Shown: positions 1 to 10,473 of the stretch, piece after piece
How positions within the stretch are numbered: position 1 is the stretch's first letter
How the letters are laid out: every line of letters starts with the position of its first letter
NCBI GenBank assembly: GCA_002373715.1
Contig: DFLI01000051.1
Location: forward strand, 35,797-99,796
Direction of reading: 5' to 3'
Origin: Bacteroidales bacterium UBA3623
GTDB lineage: Bacteria; Bacteroidota; Bacteroidia; Bacteroidales; UBA932
Length of the DNA: 64,000 nucleotides
Program-made: the position numbers and the translations under genes
The notes under the pieces: generated by a model
The model's database searches: none
What the model was told of the DNA's origin: nothing
The model's input: only the letters and a program-made list of their open reading frames with translations

Positions 1-1
1 C

Positions 2-421
2 GTGCATGAGCTGGGCAAGAAAGTGAGCGTGGACGTGTTCCCCGGCCCCAATTCCTATGCAGAGCACATGGTGCGTCAGCAGTGGAACCAGTGGACGGTG
101 GATATGTTCTTCCCCATGAACTATAATGAATTCTACGGAGAAGGCCTGGACTGGCTGAACACCGTGGTAGCAGAAGAAGTGGAAGGCGCCGGCAACATTC
201 CCGTGATGAGCACCCTCCGTACCACGCTGCATAAAAACCAGGAAGGCCAGAAGGTGGAAGCCCGTAACTTTGGCCTCTCGCCCGAGGAAATGAAAACAGC
301 CATTCGCAACTCCCTGAGCAGCGGCGCCAAAGGCATCTGCCTTTACAGGGCCACCCGCATGAGCGAAGAACACTGGGACGCGCTGGAGGAGGTCTTAAAA
401 GAATTTGGTAGTTCCAAATAA
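2..421 (+). CDS. C-terminal part of a glycoside hydrolase-like TIM-barrel protein (GHL10/DUF187-like), 5' truncated by window edge
   Basis: Frame open from window start; VFPGP...VRQQW..W..D.FFPMNY..FY and GAKGICLY motifs typical of this family. Confidence 0.55.
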   Translation: MHELGKKVSVDVFPGPNSYAEHMVRQQWNQWTVDMFFPMNYNEFYGEGLDWLNTVVAEEVEGAGNIPVMSTLRTTLHKNQEGQKVEARNFGLSPEEMKTAIRNSLSSGAKGICLYRATRMSEEHWDALEEVLKEFGSSK

Positions 422-435
422 AATCAGTACATTTG
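404..435 (+). promoter_or_regulatory. Bacteroidota sigma-A promoter for rpsO
   Basis: TTTG at 404-407 and TACATTTG (TAnnTTTG) at 428-435, 20 bp apart. Confidence 0.65.
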
Positions 436-474
436 CGGGCTTAAAAATTTTAATAACTAAAAACTCATTGCATC

Positions 475-750
475 ATGGCAGAATATTTACAGCCTGAGAA
501 AAAGCAAGAGATTTTCGCGAAGTACGGGAAGTCCAATAAGGACACCGGCTCTCCTGAGAGTCAGGTTGCTTTATTTTCCTACCGTATCGCTCACCTCACT
601 GAGCATGTGAAGAAGAACAAGAAAGACGTGGTAACGCGTCGCAGCCTTCTCCGCCTGGTTAGTAAGCGTCGTCAGCTTCTGAACTACCTTCAGAACGTAG
701 ACATCGAGAGATACAGGGCTATCGTGAAGGAGCTGGGTCTCCGCCGATAA
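475..750 (+). CDS. rpsO: 30S ribosomal protein S15
   Basis: [11 protein letters not shown]...LTEH...[18 protein letters not shown]...[12 protein letters not shown]; 91 aa; upstream of pnp. Confidence 0.98.
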   Translation: MAEYLQPEKKQEIFAKYGKSNKDTGSPESQVALFSYRIAHLTEHVKKNKKDVVTRRSLLRLVSKRRQLLNYLQNVDIERYRAIVKELGLRR

Positions 751-770
751 GCAAAAGGATAGGGAAAAAC

Positions 771-805
771 GGGGGTACGGATGCAAGGCATCCTGCCCCT
801 TTTTT
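771..805 (+). terminator. Intrinsic terminator after rpsO
   Basis: GGGGTACGGATGC-aag-GCATCCTGCCCC stem followed by T6. Confidence 0.7.
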
Positions 806-814
806 AGTAAAAAA

Positions 815-856
815 GGAACGTAGTGACCCAGGGTGTCTGGGGGATTAAGCCCCCGG
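815..856. repeat. Dispersed ~42 bp hairpin repeat (copy 1; copy 2 at 58787-58828)
   Basis: ggaacgtagtgacccagggtgtctgggggattaagcccccgg matches 58787-58828 at 32/42 positions. Confidence 0.7.
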
Positions 857-928
857 TCGTTAAAAAGATTTCGGACGATGAAATCGTCCCAATGGGGGAC
901 AGACGAAATAGACGTAATAAAAGAAGAA

Positions 929-3280
929 ATGAACATTATCAAGAAGACCATTGAATTACCCGACGGTCGGGTAATCGAGATCGAGACCGGAAAACTGGCC
1001 AAACAGGCTGCCGGTTCTGCCGTTGTGAAAATGGGTGGCACCATGCTGCTGGCCACCGTCACCTGCGCCACGGAGGTGAAAGAGGGTACCGACTTCATGC
1101 CCCTCACCGTGGATTACCGAGAGAAATACTATGCCGCCGGCCGTTTCCCCGGAGGCTTCCTCAAGCGCGAGAGCCGTCCCTCCGACTACGAGGTGCTCAT
1201 CGCCCGCCTGGTGGACCGTCCCATCCGTCCCCTCTGGCCCTCCGACTTCCACCTGGAAGTTTTCGTAAACGTTATGCTCATATCGGCCGAGAAAGACATC
1301 CAGCCGGATGCTCTCGCCGGTCTGGCCGCATCGGCCGCCCTCGCCACTTCCGACCTCCCCTTCGGCGGCCCTGTGTCTGAGGTGCGCGTAGCCCGTATCG
1401 ACGGTCAGTTCGTGATTAACCCCGGTTTCGAGGACAACAAGAGGGCCGATCTGGACCTGATGGTGGCCGCTACCGAGGAGAACATCATGATGGTGGAAGG
1501 CGAAATGAACGAGGTTTCCGAGCACGACATGCTGGAGGCCATCAAGTTCGCCCACGAAGAAATCAAGAAGCACTGCCGCGTACAGAAGGAGCTCATGAAG
1601 GAGCTGGGTACCGACGTGAACAAGCGCGACTATCCTCACGATGAGGAGGATGAGGCCCTGAAGACCGCCGTCCACGAGGCTTGCTATAACAAGTGCTACG
1701 AGCTGGCTAAGAGCGCCAAGCCCAAGCACGAGCGCGAAGACGGCTTCAACGCCATCCGCGACGAATTCAAGGCCCAGTTCTCCGAAGAAGACCTGGAGCT
1801 GAAAGGTGCCATGATTGACCGCTACTACCATGACGTGGAGAAAGAGGCCATGCGCAACCTGGTGCTGGACGAGGGCAAGCGCCTGGACGGCCGTGCCACC
1901 AACGAGGTGCGTCCCATTTGGTGCGAGGTAGATTATCTGCCCTGCGCACACGGCAGCGCCATCTTCACCCGCGGTGAAACCCAGTCCCTGGCCACCGTTA
2001 CCCTGGGCACCAAGATGGACATGAAGGAGATGGACGAGGTTCTCATCCAGGACGACCAGCAGTTTGTCCTGCACTACAACTTCCCTCCTTTCGCCACCGG
2101 CGAAGCCAAGCCCCAGCGCAGCACCGGCCGTCGTGAAATCGGCCATGGTAACCTGGCTATGCGCGCCCTCAAGCCCGTGATTCCCACGGCTCCCGAATTC
2201 CCCTACGCCGTACGCGTAGTTTCCGATATCCTGGAATCCAACGGTTCCTCTTCCATGGCTTCCGTCTGCGGCGGCTGCCTGGCTCTGATGGATGCCGGTG
2301 TTAAGATCAAGAAGCCCGTTGCCGGTGTGGCCATGGGTCTGATTACCGACGCCGAGCGCCCCAACGACCGCTACGCCATCCTCACCGATATCCTCGGTGA
2401 CGAAGACCACCTGGGAGACATGGACTTCAAGGTAACCGGTACCAAGGACGGTATCACCGCCACCCAGATGGATATTAAGGTGGACGGCCTGTCCTACGAA
2501 GTGCTGGAGAAGGCCCTGGAGCAGGCCCGTCAGGGACGTCTGCACATCATGGGCGAAATGCTCAAGACCATCCCCGAGCCTCGTGAAGACTACAAGCCCT
2601 TCGTTCCCCGCATGGTTCAGATTGAAGTGGCTGCCGAATTCATCGGTGCCATCATTGGTAAGGGTGGTGAAACCATCCAGGGCATGCAGAAGGAATTCGG
2701 CACCACCATCACCATCGACGAGGTGGACAACGGTGACGGCACCACCAAGGGTGTTGTAGATATCTTCGGTACCGACAAGGCTGCCATGGACGCTACCCTG
2801 GAGAAGATCAAGGGTATCTGCGCCGTGCCCGAGGCCGGTCAGGTATACCACGGCAAGGTGGTGAGCATCCTGGAATTCGGCGCCTTCATCGAGATCCTGC
2901 CCGGTAAGGAAGGCCTCCTCCATGTGAGCGAGATTGCCTGGGGCAAGACCGACAAGGTGGAAGACGTGCTGAAGGTGGGAGACGAGGTAGATGTGAAGCT
3001 CCTCGAGATCGATCCCAAGACCGGCAAGATGCGCCTGTCCATGCGCGCCCTCACCGAGAAGCCCGAAGGCTATGTGGAGCCCAAGCGCGAAGGCCGCGGC
3101 CCTCGTCGTGAGGGTGGTGACCGTGGTCCCCGCCGCGAGGGAGACCGTCGCGAAGGCCGTGGCCCGCGCCGTGACGGAGATCGTGGCCCGCGCCGCGAAG
3201 GTGACCGCCACGATGGCCCCCGCAAGCCCCGCTTCGAGAATAACGAAGAGCCCAAAAACAACGAGCCCGACGTTTTCTAA
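929..3280 (+). CDS. pnp: Polyribonucleotide nucleotidyltransferase (PNPase)
   Basis: Two RNase PH domains (RLVDRPIRP; RREIGHG; SNGSSSMAS; DFKVTGT), KH and S1 domains; start reassigned to ATG 929 ([10 protein letters not shown]). Confidence 0.98.
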   Translation: MNIIKKTIELPDGRVIEIETGKLAKQAAGSAVVKMGGTMLLATVTCATEVKEGTDFMPLTVDYREKYYAAGRFPGGFLKRESRPSDYEVLIARLVDRPIRPLWPSDFHLEVFVNVMLISAEKDIQPDALAGLAASAALATSDLPFGGPVSEVRVARIDGQFVINPGFEDNKRADLDLMVAATEENIMMVEGEMNEVSEHDMLEAIKFAHEEIKKHCRVQKELMKELGTDVNKRDYPHDEEDEALKTAVHEACYNKCYELAKSAKPKHEREDGFNAIRDEFKAQFSEEDLELKGAMIDRYYHDVEKEAMRNLVLDEGKRLDGRATNEVRPIWCEVDYLPCAHGSAIFTRGETQSLATVTLGTKMDMKEMDEVLIQDDQQFVLHYNFPPFATGEAKPQRSTGRREIGHGNLAMRALKPVIPTAPEFPYAVRVVSDILESNGSSSMASVCGGCLALMDAGVKIKKPVAGVAMGLITDAERPNDRYAILTDILGDEDHLGDMDFKVTGTKDGITATQMDIKVDGLSYEVLEKALEQARQGRLHIMGEMLKTIPEPREDYKPFVPRMVQIEVAAEFIGAIIGKGGETIQGMQKEFGTTITIDEVDNGDGTTKGVVDIFGTDKAAMDATLEKIKGICAVPEAGQVYHGKVVSILEFGAFIEILPGKEGLLHVSEIAWGKTDKVEDVLKVGDEVDVKLLEIDPKTGKMRLSMRALTEKPEGYVEPKREGRGPRREGGDRGPRREGDRREGRGPRRDGDRGPRREGDRHDGPRKPRFENNEEPKNNEPDVF
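3085..3225 (+). repeat. Degenerate coding tandem repeat (RGPRREGD-type) in PNPase C-terminal tail
   Basis: [47 protein letters not shown]. Confidence 0.8.
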
Positions 3281-3298
3281 CGAATTATAAAAATTTTT

Positions 3299-3329
3299 AG
3301 CCAGCTCTGATAAAGGGCTGGCTTTTTTT
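3299..3329 (+). terminator. Intrinsic terminator after pnp
   Basis: AGCCAGCTCT...AGGGCTGGCT stem followed by T run. Confidence 0.8.
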
Positions 3330-3343
3330 GTTATATTTGAGGT

Positions 3344-4294
3344 ATGAAAAGACTGACCACTTCTCTCGTAGCTATCTTTTGCTGCCTCAGCGCCATTTGC
3401 CAGGAGTATGGCGTAGTGAATATTTCCGTATGCAATATGCGCCGCACGGCAGATTTTGACGCCGAAATGGTTTCCCAGGCCCTTCTGGGCACGCCGGTGC
3501 ATGTGCTGCAAATAAGCGACAACAGCAATGCCTGGCCGCAGGTGCAAACGCCGGACAACTACACCGGCTGGGTGCACTACGCCGGCATCAAGCGCATGAG
3601 CTATGAGGAGTACCACGCCTGGAACGTGGCCCCGAAGGTCATAGTCACAGAGCTTACCGGCCTGGTGTACAAGGACGCATCGGCCAAAAGTGCCGTGGTG
3701 TCAGACGTTGTGGCCGGAGACCGCCTGAAGTTCCTGGGCAGGAAAGGCAGTTGGCTCAAGGTGGGTTTCCCCGACGGCCGCACGGGCTACGTGAGCAAGA
3801 AGATTGCAAAGACGGAGGCCGATTGGCGCAAGACCCTGGATCAGAGCCCCGAAGCCATCCTTAAAACCGCTCAGGGCATGCTGGGTTTCCCCTACCTCTG
3901 GGCCGGCATGTCTCCTAAGGGCATGGACTGCAGCGGCTTCGTGCGCACTACCCTTTACATGCACGACATCATTACCCCGCGTGACTGCAGCCAGATTTAC
4001 CTGACCGGCGAACGCATCACAGACCGCAGCCAGCTGGTACCCGGAGACCTCGTGTTCTTTGGCCGCGTCCGGGAAGACGGCACTCCCCGCCCCTCTCATG
4101 TGGGCTTTTACATTGGCAATGGGCGCTTCCTCCATTCCATGGGCCTGGTGCAAATTGGCAGCTTCAACCCCGAAGACCCCCTGTACGACGCCTACAATAC
4201 GGGCCGATACCTCTTCGGAGACCGCATACTTCCTTACATTAATAAGATGGAAGGACTTAACACGACACTAACCAATCCCTACTATGCAGAATAG
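3344..4294 (+). CDS. SH3b + NlpC/P60 (C40) peptidase, YkfC/dipeptidyl-peptidase VI-like gamma-D-Glu endopeptidase
   Basis: Signal peptide; two SH3b-like repeats; PYLWAG..KGMDCSGF, PGDLVFF, HVGFY motifs; overlaps epimerase gene. Confidence 0.9.
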   Translation: MKRLTTSLVAIFCCLSAICQEYGVVNISVCNMRRTADFDAEMVSQALLGTPVHVLQISDNSNAWPQVQTPDNYTGWVHYAGIKRMSYEEYHAWNVAPKVIVTELTGLVYKDASAKSAVVSDVVAGDRLKFLGRKGSWLKVGFPDGRTGYVSKKIAKTEADWRKTLDQSPEAILKTAQGMLGFPYLWAGMSPKGMDCSGFVRTTLYMHDIITPRDCSQIYLTGERITDRSQLVPGDLVFFGRVREDGTPRPSHVGFYIGNGRFLHSMGLVQIGSFNPEDPLYDAYNTGRYLFGDRILPYINKMEGLNTTLTNPYYAE

Positions 4295-5414
4295 ACGCGA
4301 CTTTCTGAAAACAGCAGGCCTGGCAGCCGTAGGCGCCGGCCTCATGGGTTGCACCAGCGGCCCCCAAAAGTTCAACATTGTCAAAGGCGACGGAAAACTT
4401 CACATGAAGTTTTTCCCCTACGAGCTGAAACTGGCACACGTATTCACCGTGGCCTCCTACAGCCGTACCACCACGCCGGACGTGCAGGTAGAGATTGAGT
4501 GGGAAGGAGTTGTGGGTTACGGAGAGGCTTCCATGCCCCCGTACCTGGGCCAGAGCGTAGAAACGGTTACTACCTTCCTCAATAAGGTAGACCTTTCCCA
4601 GTTCACAGACCCCTTCCAGATGGAAGACATCCTCACCTACGTGGACAGCCTCTCCCCGGGAGACGCCGCCGCCAAGTGCGCCATAGATATAGCCCTGCAC
4701 GACCTCGTGGGCAAGCTCATGGGCCAGCCCTGGTACCGCATCTGGGGCCTGGATGCCGCCAAGGCTCCTTCCACCACCTTCACCATCGGCATAGATACTC
4801 CTGAAGTGGTGAAGGAGAAAACCCTGGAGGCTGTGGGCAAGTTCAATATCCTTAAGGTAAAGGTAGGTCTTGACACGGATGTGGAGATGATTGAAACCAT
4901 CCGCACCGTAACGGATGTGCCGCTGGCTGTGGACGCCAACCAAGGCTGGAAAGACCGCAGCAAGGCCCTGGACGAGATTTTCTGGCTCAAGGAGCACGGC
5001 ATTGTAATGGTAGAGCAGCCCATGCCCAAGGAAATGCTGGACGACATTGCCTGGCTCACGGAGCGCAGCCCGCTGCCCATCTTTGCCGATGAAAGCATCC
5101 AGCGCATGAAGGACATCCCTTCGCTGGTGGGCGCCTACAACGGCATCAACATCAAGCTGATGAAGTGCACCGGCATGCGCGAGGGCTGGAGAATGGCCAC
5201 CATGGCCCGTGCCCTGGGCATGAAGGTGATGGTGGGCTGCATGACGGAAACCTCCTGCGCTGTGAGCGCCGCCGCCCAGTTCTCCCCCTACGTAGATTTT
5301 GCCGATTTGGACGGCAACCTGCTCATAGCCAACGACCGCTTTGACGGCGTAAAGGTGGTGAATGGCAAGCTCACGCTGCCGGACCGCCCGGGTATCGGCG
5401 TTATTCCGCTTTAA
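4284..5414 (+). CDS. L-Ala-D/L-Glu (dipeptide) epimerase, enolase superfamily, with Tat/lipoprotein signal
   Basis: NRRDFLK twin-Arg and LMGC lipobox; KVKVG, DANQGW, EQP, ADES, NIKLMK, DLDG motifs. Confidence 0.92.
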   Translation: MQNRRDFLKTAGLAAVGAGLMGCTSGPQKFNIVKGDGKLHMKFFPYELKLAHVFTVASYSRTTTPDVQVEIEWEGVVGYGEASMPPYLGQSVETVTTFLNKVDLSQFTDPFQMEDILTYVDSLSPGDAAAKCAIDIALHDLVGKLMGQPWYRIWGLDAAKAPSTTFTIGIDTPEVVKEKTLEAVGKFNILKVKVGLDTDVEMIETIRTVTDVPLAVDANQGWKDRSKALDEIFWLKEHGIVMVEQPMPKEMLDDIAWLTERSPLPIFADESIQRMKDIPSLVGAYNGINIKLMKCTGMREGWRMATMARALGMKVMVGCMTETSCAVSAAAQFSPYVDFADLDGNLLIANDRFDGVKVVNGKLTLPDRPGIGVIPL

Positions 5415-5426
5415 TCTGTTGCATAC

Positions 5427-7145
5427 TTGACAAGACTTAAACTATTCCTCTCCTTCTTCCTGCTTCTATTTGCCCTGGGTAACGCATGGGCAGACAGCCA
5501 GCGGGTGCGCAGTCTCAAGTTGTATGTAGACCTCCAGAAAGACGGCACCGCCACCGTGTACGAGCGCTGGGACGCAAACACCGGCGATGACATTACCGAG
5601 TGGTACCTGGTGCGAGAGAATCTGGGAGACATAGTGATAGACAGCCTGGAAGTGACCGTGGACGAAGTTCCCTCCCATTTCGAGGGAGAATGGGACGTGC
5701 ACCGCACCCTGGAGCAGAAGGCCGGAAAGTGCGGAATAGTTCATAAGTCCAACGGAGTGGAACTGTGCTGGGGCATAGGCTCGCACGGAGACCATGTGTT
5801 TGAGGCCCTGTACAATATGCGCGGGGCCGTTAAGTCGCTGAACGACTATGACATGATGTTCCTGCAGCTGGTTTCCCCCGGGCTCTCCAGTCCGCCGGAA
5901 GATGTAAGAATCTTCATCGCATCCGACTATGTGCAGCTGGACACCACCGTGGCCCGCGTGTGGGGCTTCGGCTACGACGGCATCTGCATTTTCGAAAACG
6001 GCAAGGTAGTGGTAGAAAATGACTACGCCTTCGGTACGGACGACTCCGTGATTGTTCTCCTGCGCCTGGACAAAGGTTATCTGGAGCCCACCAGCGTGGA
6101 GGAAAAGGACTTCCAGGAAGTGCTGGACGGGGCCATGGAAGGGGCCGATTTCGGCAATTGGGAGCCTGAGGAAGAGGTGGACGATATTTACGGCATCGCA
6201 GCGCTGGGCATTTTCGCTGCCATCGGCTTTGCTTGGTGGCGCATCAAAAAATGGTGGACGACGCGAAAGAAAAAACCTGCCTATAAGATTAAAAAGCTTC
6301 TGGGCATCAAGGAAAACGAGATTGCCTGGTACCGGGACATCCCCTTCCGGGGCAATCTGCCCACGGCCAAATACGTGATGGGGCTGTTCGATGAGACCAA
6401 CCTGTGGGACGCTGTGCCCCTGACATCGGCCCTTATTCTCAGGATGGTGTACAACGGGTACCTGGAGGTGAGCCGCGAACTGGAGAAGAAGGATACTGAG
6501 ATTCGTTTTACGGATAAGGACCTGGGAGGGCTGGACAACCTTTCCCGCCGGCTGTACGACATGCTGAAAAGTGCCGCCGGAGAGAACCAGGTGCTGGAAA
6601 AGAACGAGTTTGACAGCTGGGCCCGCACCAACCACTCCACGGCATACGAATGGTCCACCAGTGCCCGCAATGAGGGACAGAACCAGCTTCAGGCCCAAGG
6701 CTGGAGCGGAAGCGACACCCAGACTCTCTCCCCTGCCGGGCAGGAAGAAGCCAAGCATCTGCTGGGCCTTAAGAAGTTCCTGCAGGAGTTCACCCTTACC
6801 AAAGACAGAGAGGCCTTCGAGGCCGGCCTGTGGAAGGAATACCTGGTGTATGGCGCCGTTCTGGGCGTGGCCGAAAGGGTGGCCAGGCAGCTCAAGGAGA
6901 TTGCGCCGCAGTATAGCATGGTAGACACCGTGCTGCGCATGTCCACGGATTTCTCCAAGGTTGTAAGGAGCGCCACCGCGCTGCATGTTTCCAAGAGCTA
7001 CTCCTACGGCAGCGGCTCTTCTTCCTACAGCGGCCGGAGCCACAGCTACAGCAGCTCCCACTCCCGCAGCGGCCACGGCGGCCGTTCTTCCCACAGTGGC
7101 GGCCATGGCCACAGCAGCGGAGGCCGCGGAGGAGGAGGAAGATAG
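5427..7145 (+). CDS. DUF2207-family membrane protein
   Basis: Signal peptide, one TM, WYRDIP, LLGLKKFL.EF, LWKEYLVYG..LGVAERV, Gly/Ser-rich tail; TTG start. Confidence 0.8.
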   Translation: MTRLKLFLSFFLLLFALGNAWADSQRVRSLKLYVDLQKDGTATVYERWDANTGDDITEWYLVRENLGDIVIDSLEVTVDEVPSHFEGEWDVHRTLEQKAGKCGIVHKSNGVELCWGIGSHGDHVFEALYNMRGAVKSLNDYDMMFLQLVSPGLSSPPEDVRIFIASDYVQLDTTVARVWGFGYDGICIFENGKVVVENDYAFGTDDSVIVLLRLDKGYLEPTSVEEKDFQEVLDGAMEGADFGNWEPEEEVDDIYGIAALGIFAAIGFAWWRIKKWWTTRKKKPAYKIKKLLGIKENEIAWYRDIPFRGNLPTAKYVMGLFDETNLWDAVPLTSALILRMVYNGYLEVSRELEKKDTEIRFTDKDLGGLDNLSRRLYDMLKSAAGENQVLEKNEFDSWARTNHSTAYEWSTSARNEGQNQLQAQGWSGSDTQTLSPAGQEEAKHLLGLKKFLQEFTLTKDREAFEAGLWKEYLVYGAVLGVAERVARQLKEIAPQYSMVDTVLRMSTDFSKVVRSATALHVSKSYSYGSGSSSYSGRSHSYSSSHSRSGHGGRSSHSGGHGHSSGGRGGGGR

Positions 7146-7197
7146 TTTGTTTCTGCGCTTTTTCCATTATATTTGCGTTTATAAAGACACGACTCTA

Positions 7198-8460
7198 ATG
7201 AAGAAAGCACTAAAAATAGCCGGCATCACGCTGGCCTCCCTCGTCGGAATTGTAATCGTTGCCGAGCTCATTTTCGTGAACACGGTTGCATCACCGCAGC
7301 GACTGACCAGGCTATTGAAGCAAATCGCTCCACAATACATCAACTGCAACCTGGAACTGGAAAAGGCCAGTATGTCTTTGTTCAAGACCTTTCCCAATTT
7401 TGGCGTGGACATTGAGCACGTGGCACTTATTAACCCGATGGAGGGGTCGCCTTCCGACACCTTGGCCAGCATAGACCAGCTCACGGTGGCAGTGGATATC
7501 AAAAAACTGCTGAAGGAAAAGGAGATTGAGCTTAAGGAATGTTCCCTTGAGAATGCCCTCGTCAATATATTCATAGATCCGGAAGGGAAAAGCAACCTTA
7601 ATGTCTTCAAGGCTCAGGAAAAGGCCGATTCTTCCGCCGGCAATTTTGACTATCTTGTTAACATTGAGCAGATTAAGCTTAAAAACACTCGTCTGAAATT
7701 TACCGACAGACCCAGCCATTTCTCTATTCAATTTGAGGGGATAGACATGGACCTCAACGGTGCCTTCCAGAACAACGACATCCAGGCAGAGCTTAAGTTG
7801 AAGGTAGGATATTTCAGTTTGCTAAATTATGCCACCTCTTTCGCAATGGGAAACATAAGCCTGGGTTTTGTGGGCAGCATAAAGCAATTTGACAAGATTG
7901 AAGGACAGTTAACCGGATATAAGCCAGACCTTCAGCTGGTACCTTCCAAGATTGATCCGGTGAGCGTCACATTTCCTTTTGAATTTAGCCTGAAGACCTT
8001 GTCCGGACACTACGAGAAGGCCGTAGCCAAGATGAATGATTTTCGTTTCTACGTTAACGGCAATGCCAAGGTCAAGAACGGGAATATTATCTTTGGATTT
8101 GTCGTAAAGTCCAACGAAATGGCCCTCAAGAGCCTGTTGGCATACCTGCCGGAAGACAAGGGGAAAAAGCTGGGGCTCAATAAAAAGAAAGACAAAGTGA
8201 AACTGACGGTGGATAATGCGGGAGTAACCATCAACCCTACCCGGGTTCCCATCCTCCAACTCGGATTCCGGGCCGATGATGTAGCCCTTACAGTAGTGGG
8301 ACATCACACCCCGCATATCAAGCTCGGTTTTGACGCTCAGCTCACCCAAGACCTTCGCAAGGTATCGAAGGAGGGTATGAAGGTGAATAAGATGGAGGTC
8401 AAGCTGAACAACAGTTCCTTGGACTTAAAACGCATCCTGGATCGCCACGGAGAGGATTAG
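7198..8460 (+). CDS. AsmA-family protein (short, N-terminal AsmA region only)
   Basis: N-terminal TM; SLFKTFPNFGV...DTLASIDQL...GKSNLNVF pattern; start ATG 7198 after TATATTTG promoter. Confidence 0.65.
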   Translation: MKKALKIAGITLASLVGIVIVAELIFVNTVASPQRLTRLLKQIAPQYINCNLELEKASMSLFKTFPNFGVDIEHVALINPMEGSPSDTLASIDQLTVAVDIKKLLKEKEIELKECSLENALVNIFIDPEGKSNLNVFKAQEKADSSAGNFDYLVNIEQIKLKNTRLKFTDRPSHFSIQFEGIDMDLNGAFQNNDIQAELKLKVGYFSLLNYATSFAMGNISLGFVGSIKQFDKIEGQLTGYKPDLQLVPSKIDPVSVTFPFEFSLKTLSGHYEKAVAKMNDFRFYVNGNAKVKNGNIIFGFVVKSNEMALKSLLAYLPEDKGKKLGLNKKKDKVKLTVDNAGVTINPTRVPILQLGFRADDVALTVVGHHTPHIKLGFDAQLTQDLRKVSKEGMKVNKMEVKLNNSSLDLKRILDRHGED

Positions 8461-8504
8461 GACAGCATTCAAAAGACCAAGAAATTACGCGAAAAGCGCT
8501 AAAC

Positions 8505-10340
8505 CTACCAGATATAGGTGCGCTCGTCCTCGTCAAGGTAGAGGACGTTGTTACGGTTAACTCCGTAGAGTTCGTACCAGAGGTCCGTATTCATCACTAC
8601 ACCGTTCACCCTAAGTCGGGCAACGGAGTGGACATCGCTCTTCATCAAATCCGAGAGCTTTTCGTCGCTATATTTTACACACCAGAAATCGGCATAGGAT
8701 TCATAGAACTTCCGTAACTGCGCATTGTAATTATCCCCGGTATAACCCTCCTGCACAAGTTTCTTTTTGTACACATCCAGTACTGTAAGAAAGCCACCAA
8801 GGTCTGCAATATTCTCTCCAAGGGTACGGGTGCCGTCGCTAAAGACGGTGGGCTGACGCTCAGGGTCGTATTCCATGTGACCGTAGCAGTTTATAAGGTT
8901 ATTCTGCTTCCGTTCGAAGGCCAACTTGTCGGCAACCGTCCACCAGTTCTTCTTGCCCCCAATCTCGTCGTAAAGTGCTCCATTCTGGTCGAATCCGTGG
9001 GTGATCTCATGACCGATCAGAACAAACTCGGCATAGGTATGGGCCTCCGTAATACCCTCTCTTGCGACCGGGCTCATCATCATGGCAGGATAGATCATGA
9101 TGCTGTTGGAGGCAGGATCATACATGGCATTTACCAGCGTAAGGTCTGTGGGCACTATACCTTCGTGGTCGGTAAGGACATAGAGCAAAATATGCTGCGT
9201 GAAAGAGTCCCTGCTCCCCTTCAGGCAGCCCTGCAGCTTGTTTTTTGCCGCAGACAGCCTGTGGTAGATTTCAACAAAAGTATCGCAGTCTTCAATCTTG
9301 GGGATACCGTCCATGCACCACTCGTCGGGGTAGCCAACAAACAGCTGCATTGCATCAATCTTCTTGATGGCGTTGCTCTTTGTAGTTTCACTCATCCAAT
9401 CCAAGGTCATGAGGCGCTCCCTGAACGCCTCCACTACTTCCTTGGTCATTACAAGGTACTTTTCCTTTATGGAAGCCGGGAAATACTTCTGCACAAGGTG
9501 GTAGGATATGGGATATGCAAACTTCATGCGTGCATTTAGCTTGGCGAATTCTTCGGTAAGCGGGGTAGGTTTCCAGCTATTGCTTTCCTCCAACGCCTCA
9601 CTGCTCACATATGGATACAGATGACGTTTCACACCCATAACTAGGGATTGATACAAATCTTCCAGGCTCCAGGTACTGAATGACTCAAAGGTAGAGACGA
9701 CAGAAGGTGCAACGTATATGTTTTCCATGTCGAGACCCATTCCCTTAACAATTTGGGAAATAACTCCGTCTTCACCGGATTTAGTCTGAGTGACGGGAAC
9801 CAAATCTTCCAGTGCCTCCGTGGCCGATGGCTTTATAGGCTTATCGGTAGCGGGGAATACGGAACAAACGTTTTTTCCATCCTGCCATACCAGTAACATT
9901 TCCACTATAGTTGGCACTCCTTCCATGAGCAGTTTTCCAGCATAGCGGAACGCCTCTTCATGGTTTTGAGGCACCGGTATAGCATCCACCAGTTTCTGCA
10001 CATAGGCCATGGAGGCTTCCGGGGTGTCCCACATGTGATCCATGCACTCGAAGAAACGACGAACTTCCGGCACGTCTTTTTTCATTTCCTCCACCCTTTG
10101 GACCATGGCCCTTTCGGCATCGTAAACTCCTCCCACAGTTCCCGTTGCCGGTGTAGGAGTATTCTTGTACCATGTACCGTTGCAGTAAGAGAAGAAATCG
10201 TCACCGGGCGACACGGACAGGTCCTTGTTATCGTCCATCGGGAACGGAAGCGGATCTGTTTTCCCTCCCGTGTCATCTTTACGGCAAGATATCACCGTAA
10301 ACGTAAGGCACATGGCCATAAATACAAAAACCTTCTTCAT
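8505..10340 (-). CDS. M13 (neprilysin/PepO) metalloendopeptidase lipoprotein
   Basis: VISC lipobox; PGDDFFSYCNG, VNAMY, GHEITHGFD (HExxH), GENIADLGG, DVHS..RLRVNG. Confidence 0.93.
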   Translation of the reverse strand: MKKVFVFMAMCLTFTVISCRKDDTGGKTDPLPFPMDDNKDLSVSPGDDFFSYCNGTWYKNTPTPATGTVGGVYDAERAMVQRVEEMKKDVPEVRRFFECMDHMWDTPEASMAYVQKLVDAIPVPQNHEEAFRYAGKLLMEGVPTIVEMLLVWQDGKNVCSVFPATDKPIKPSATEALEDLVPVTQTKSGEDGVISQIVKGMGLDMENIYVAPSVVSTFESFSTWSLEDLYQSLVMGVKRHLYPYVSSEALEESNSWKPTPLTEEFAKLNARMKFAYPISYHLVQKYFPASIKEKYLVMTKEVVEAFRERLMTLDWMSETTKSNAIKKIDAMQLFVGYPDEWCMDGIPKIEDCDTFVEIYHRLSAAKNKLQGCLKGSRDSFTQHILLYVLTDHEGIVPTDLTLVNAMYDPASNSIMIYPAMMMSPVAREGITEAHTYAEFVLIGHEITHGFDQNGALYDEIGGKKNWWTVADKLAFERKQNNLINCYGHMEYDPERQPTVFSDGTRTLGENIADLGGFLTVLDVYKKKLVQEGYTGDNYNAQLRKFYESYADFWCVKYSDEKLSDLMKSDVHSVARLRVNGVVMNTDLWYELYGVNRNNVLYLDEDERTYIW

Positions 10341-10445
10341 CGTCTCTTAGTTGATTACCTCCGCAAATATAGAAATAAAATCTCAGTTTTGCACAGCCGC
10401 GAGGCCCTGAAAAGGAGGAACGAAGCGACGAACGGCGCCTTCTGG

Positions 10446-10470
10446 CGGGGGTTCGAATCCCTCACTCACC
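10446..10470 (+). repeat. Inverted 25-bp copy of the tRNA-Ser(CGA) 3' end
   Basis: CGGGGGTTCGAATCCCTCACTCACC is the exact reverse complement of 10619-10643. Confidence 0.92.
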
Positions 10471-10473
10471 TGA

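Noticed and set aside
833-928. N-terminal extensions in ORF track (pnp 833; also 6985, 17093, 30516, 31147, 33586, 38814, 50933)
   Set aside because: Upstream in-frame starts run through repeats, tRNAs, promoters or neighbouring genes; downstream ATGs give canonical N-termini or signal peptides.
3085-3225. Repeats at the end of pnp as CRISPR or mobile repeat
   Set aside because: Coding low-complexity Arg/Gly/Asp tail with no spacer structure; no CRISPR array or cas gene anywhere in the window.
956-3616. 886-aa minus-strand ORF, and similar long antisense ORFs (e.g. 5466-7112, 41226-42395, 45106-46713, 52561-53715, 55574-58240)
   Set aside because: Shadows of real genes on the opposite strand caused by high GC3 codon bias; no recognisable motifs.
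10446-10470. tRNA 3'-end copy as attL/attR of a prophage or ICE
   Set aside because: Orientation is inverted, it is only 148 bp from the tRNA, and no integrase is present.
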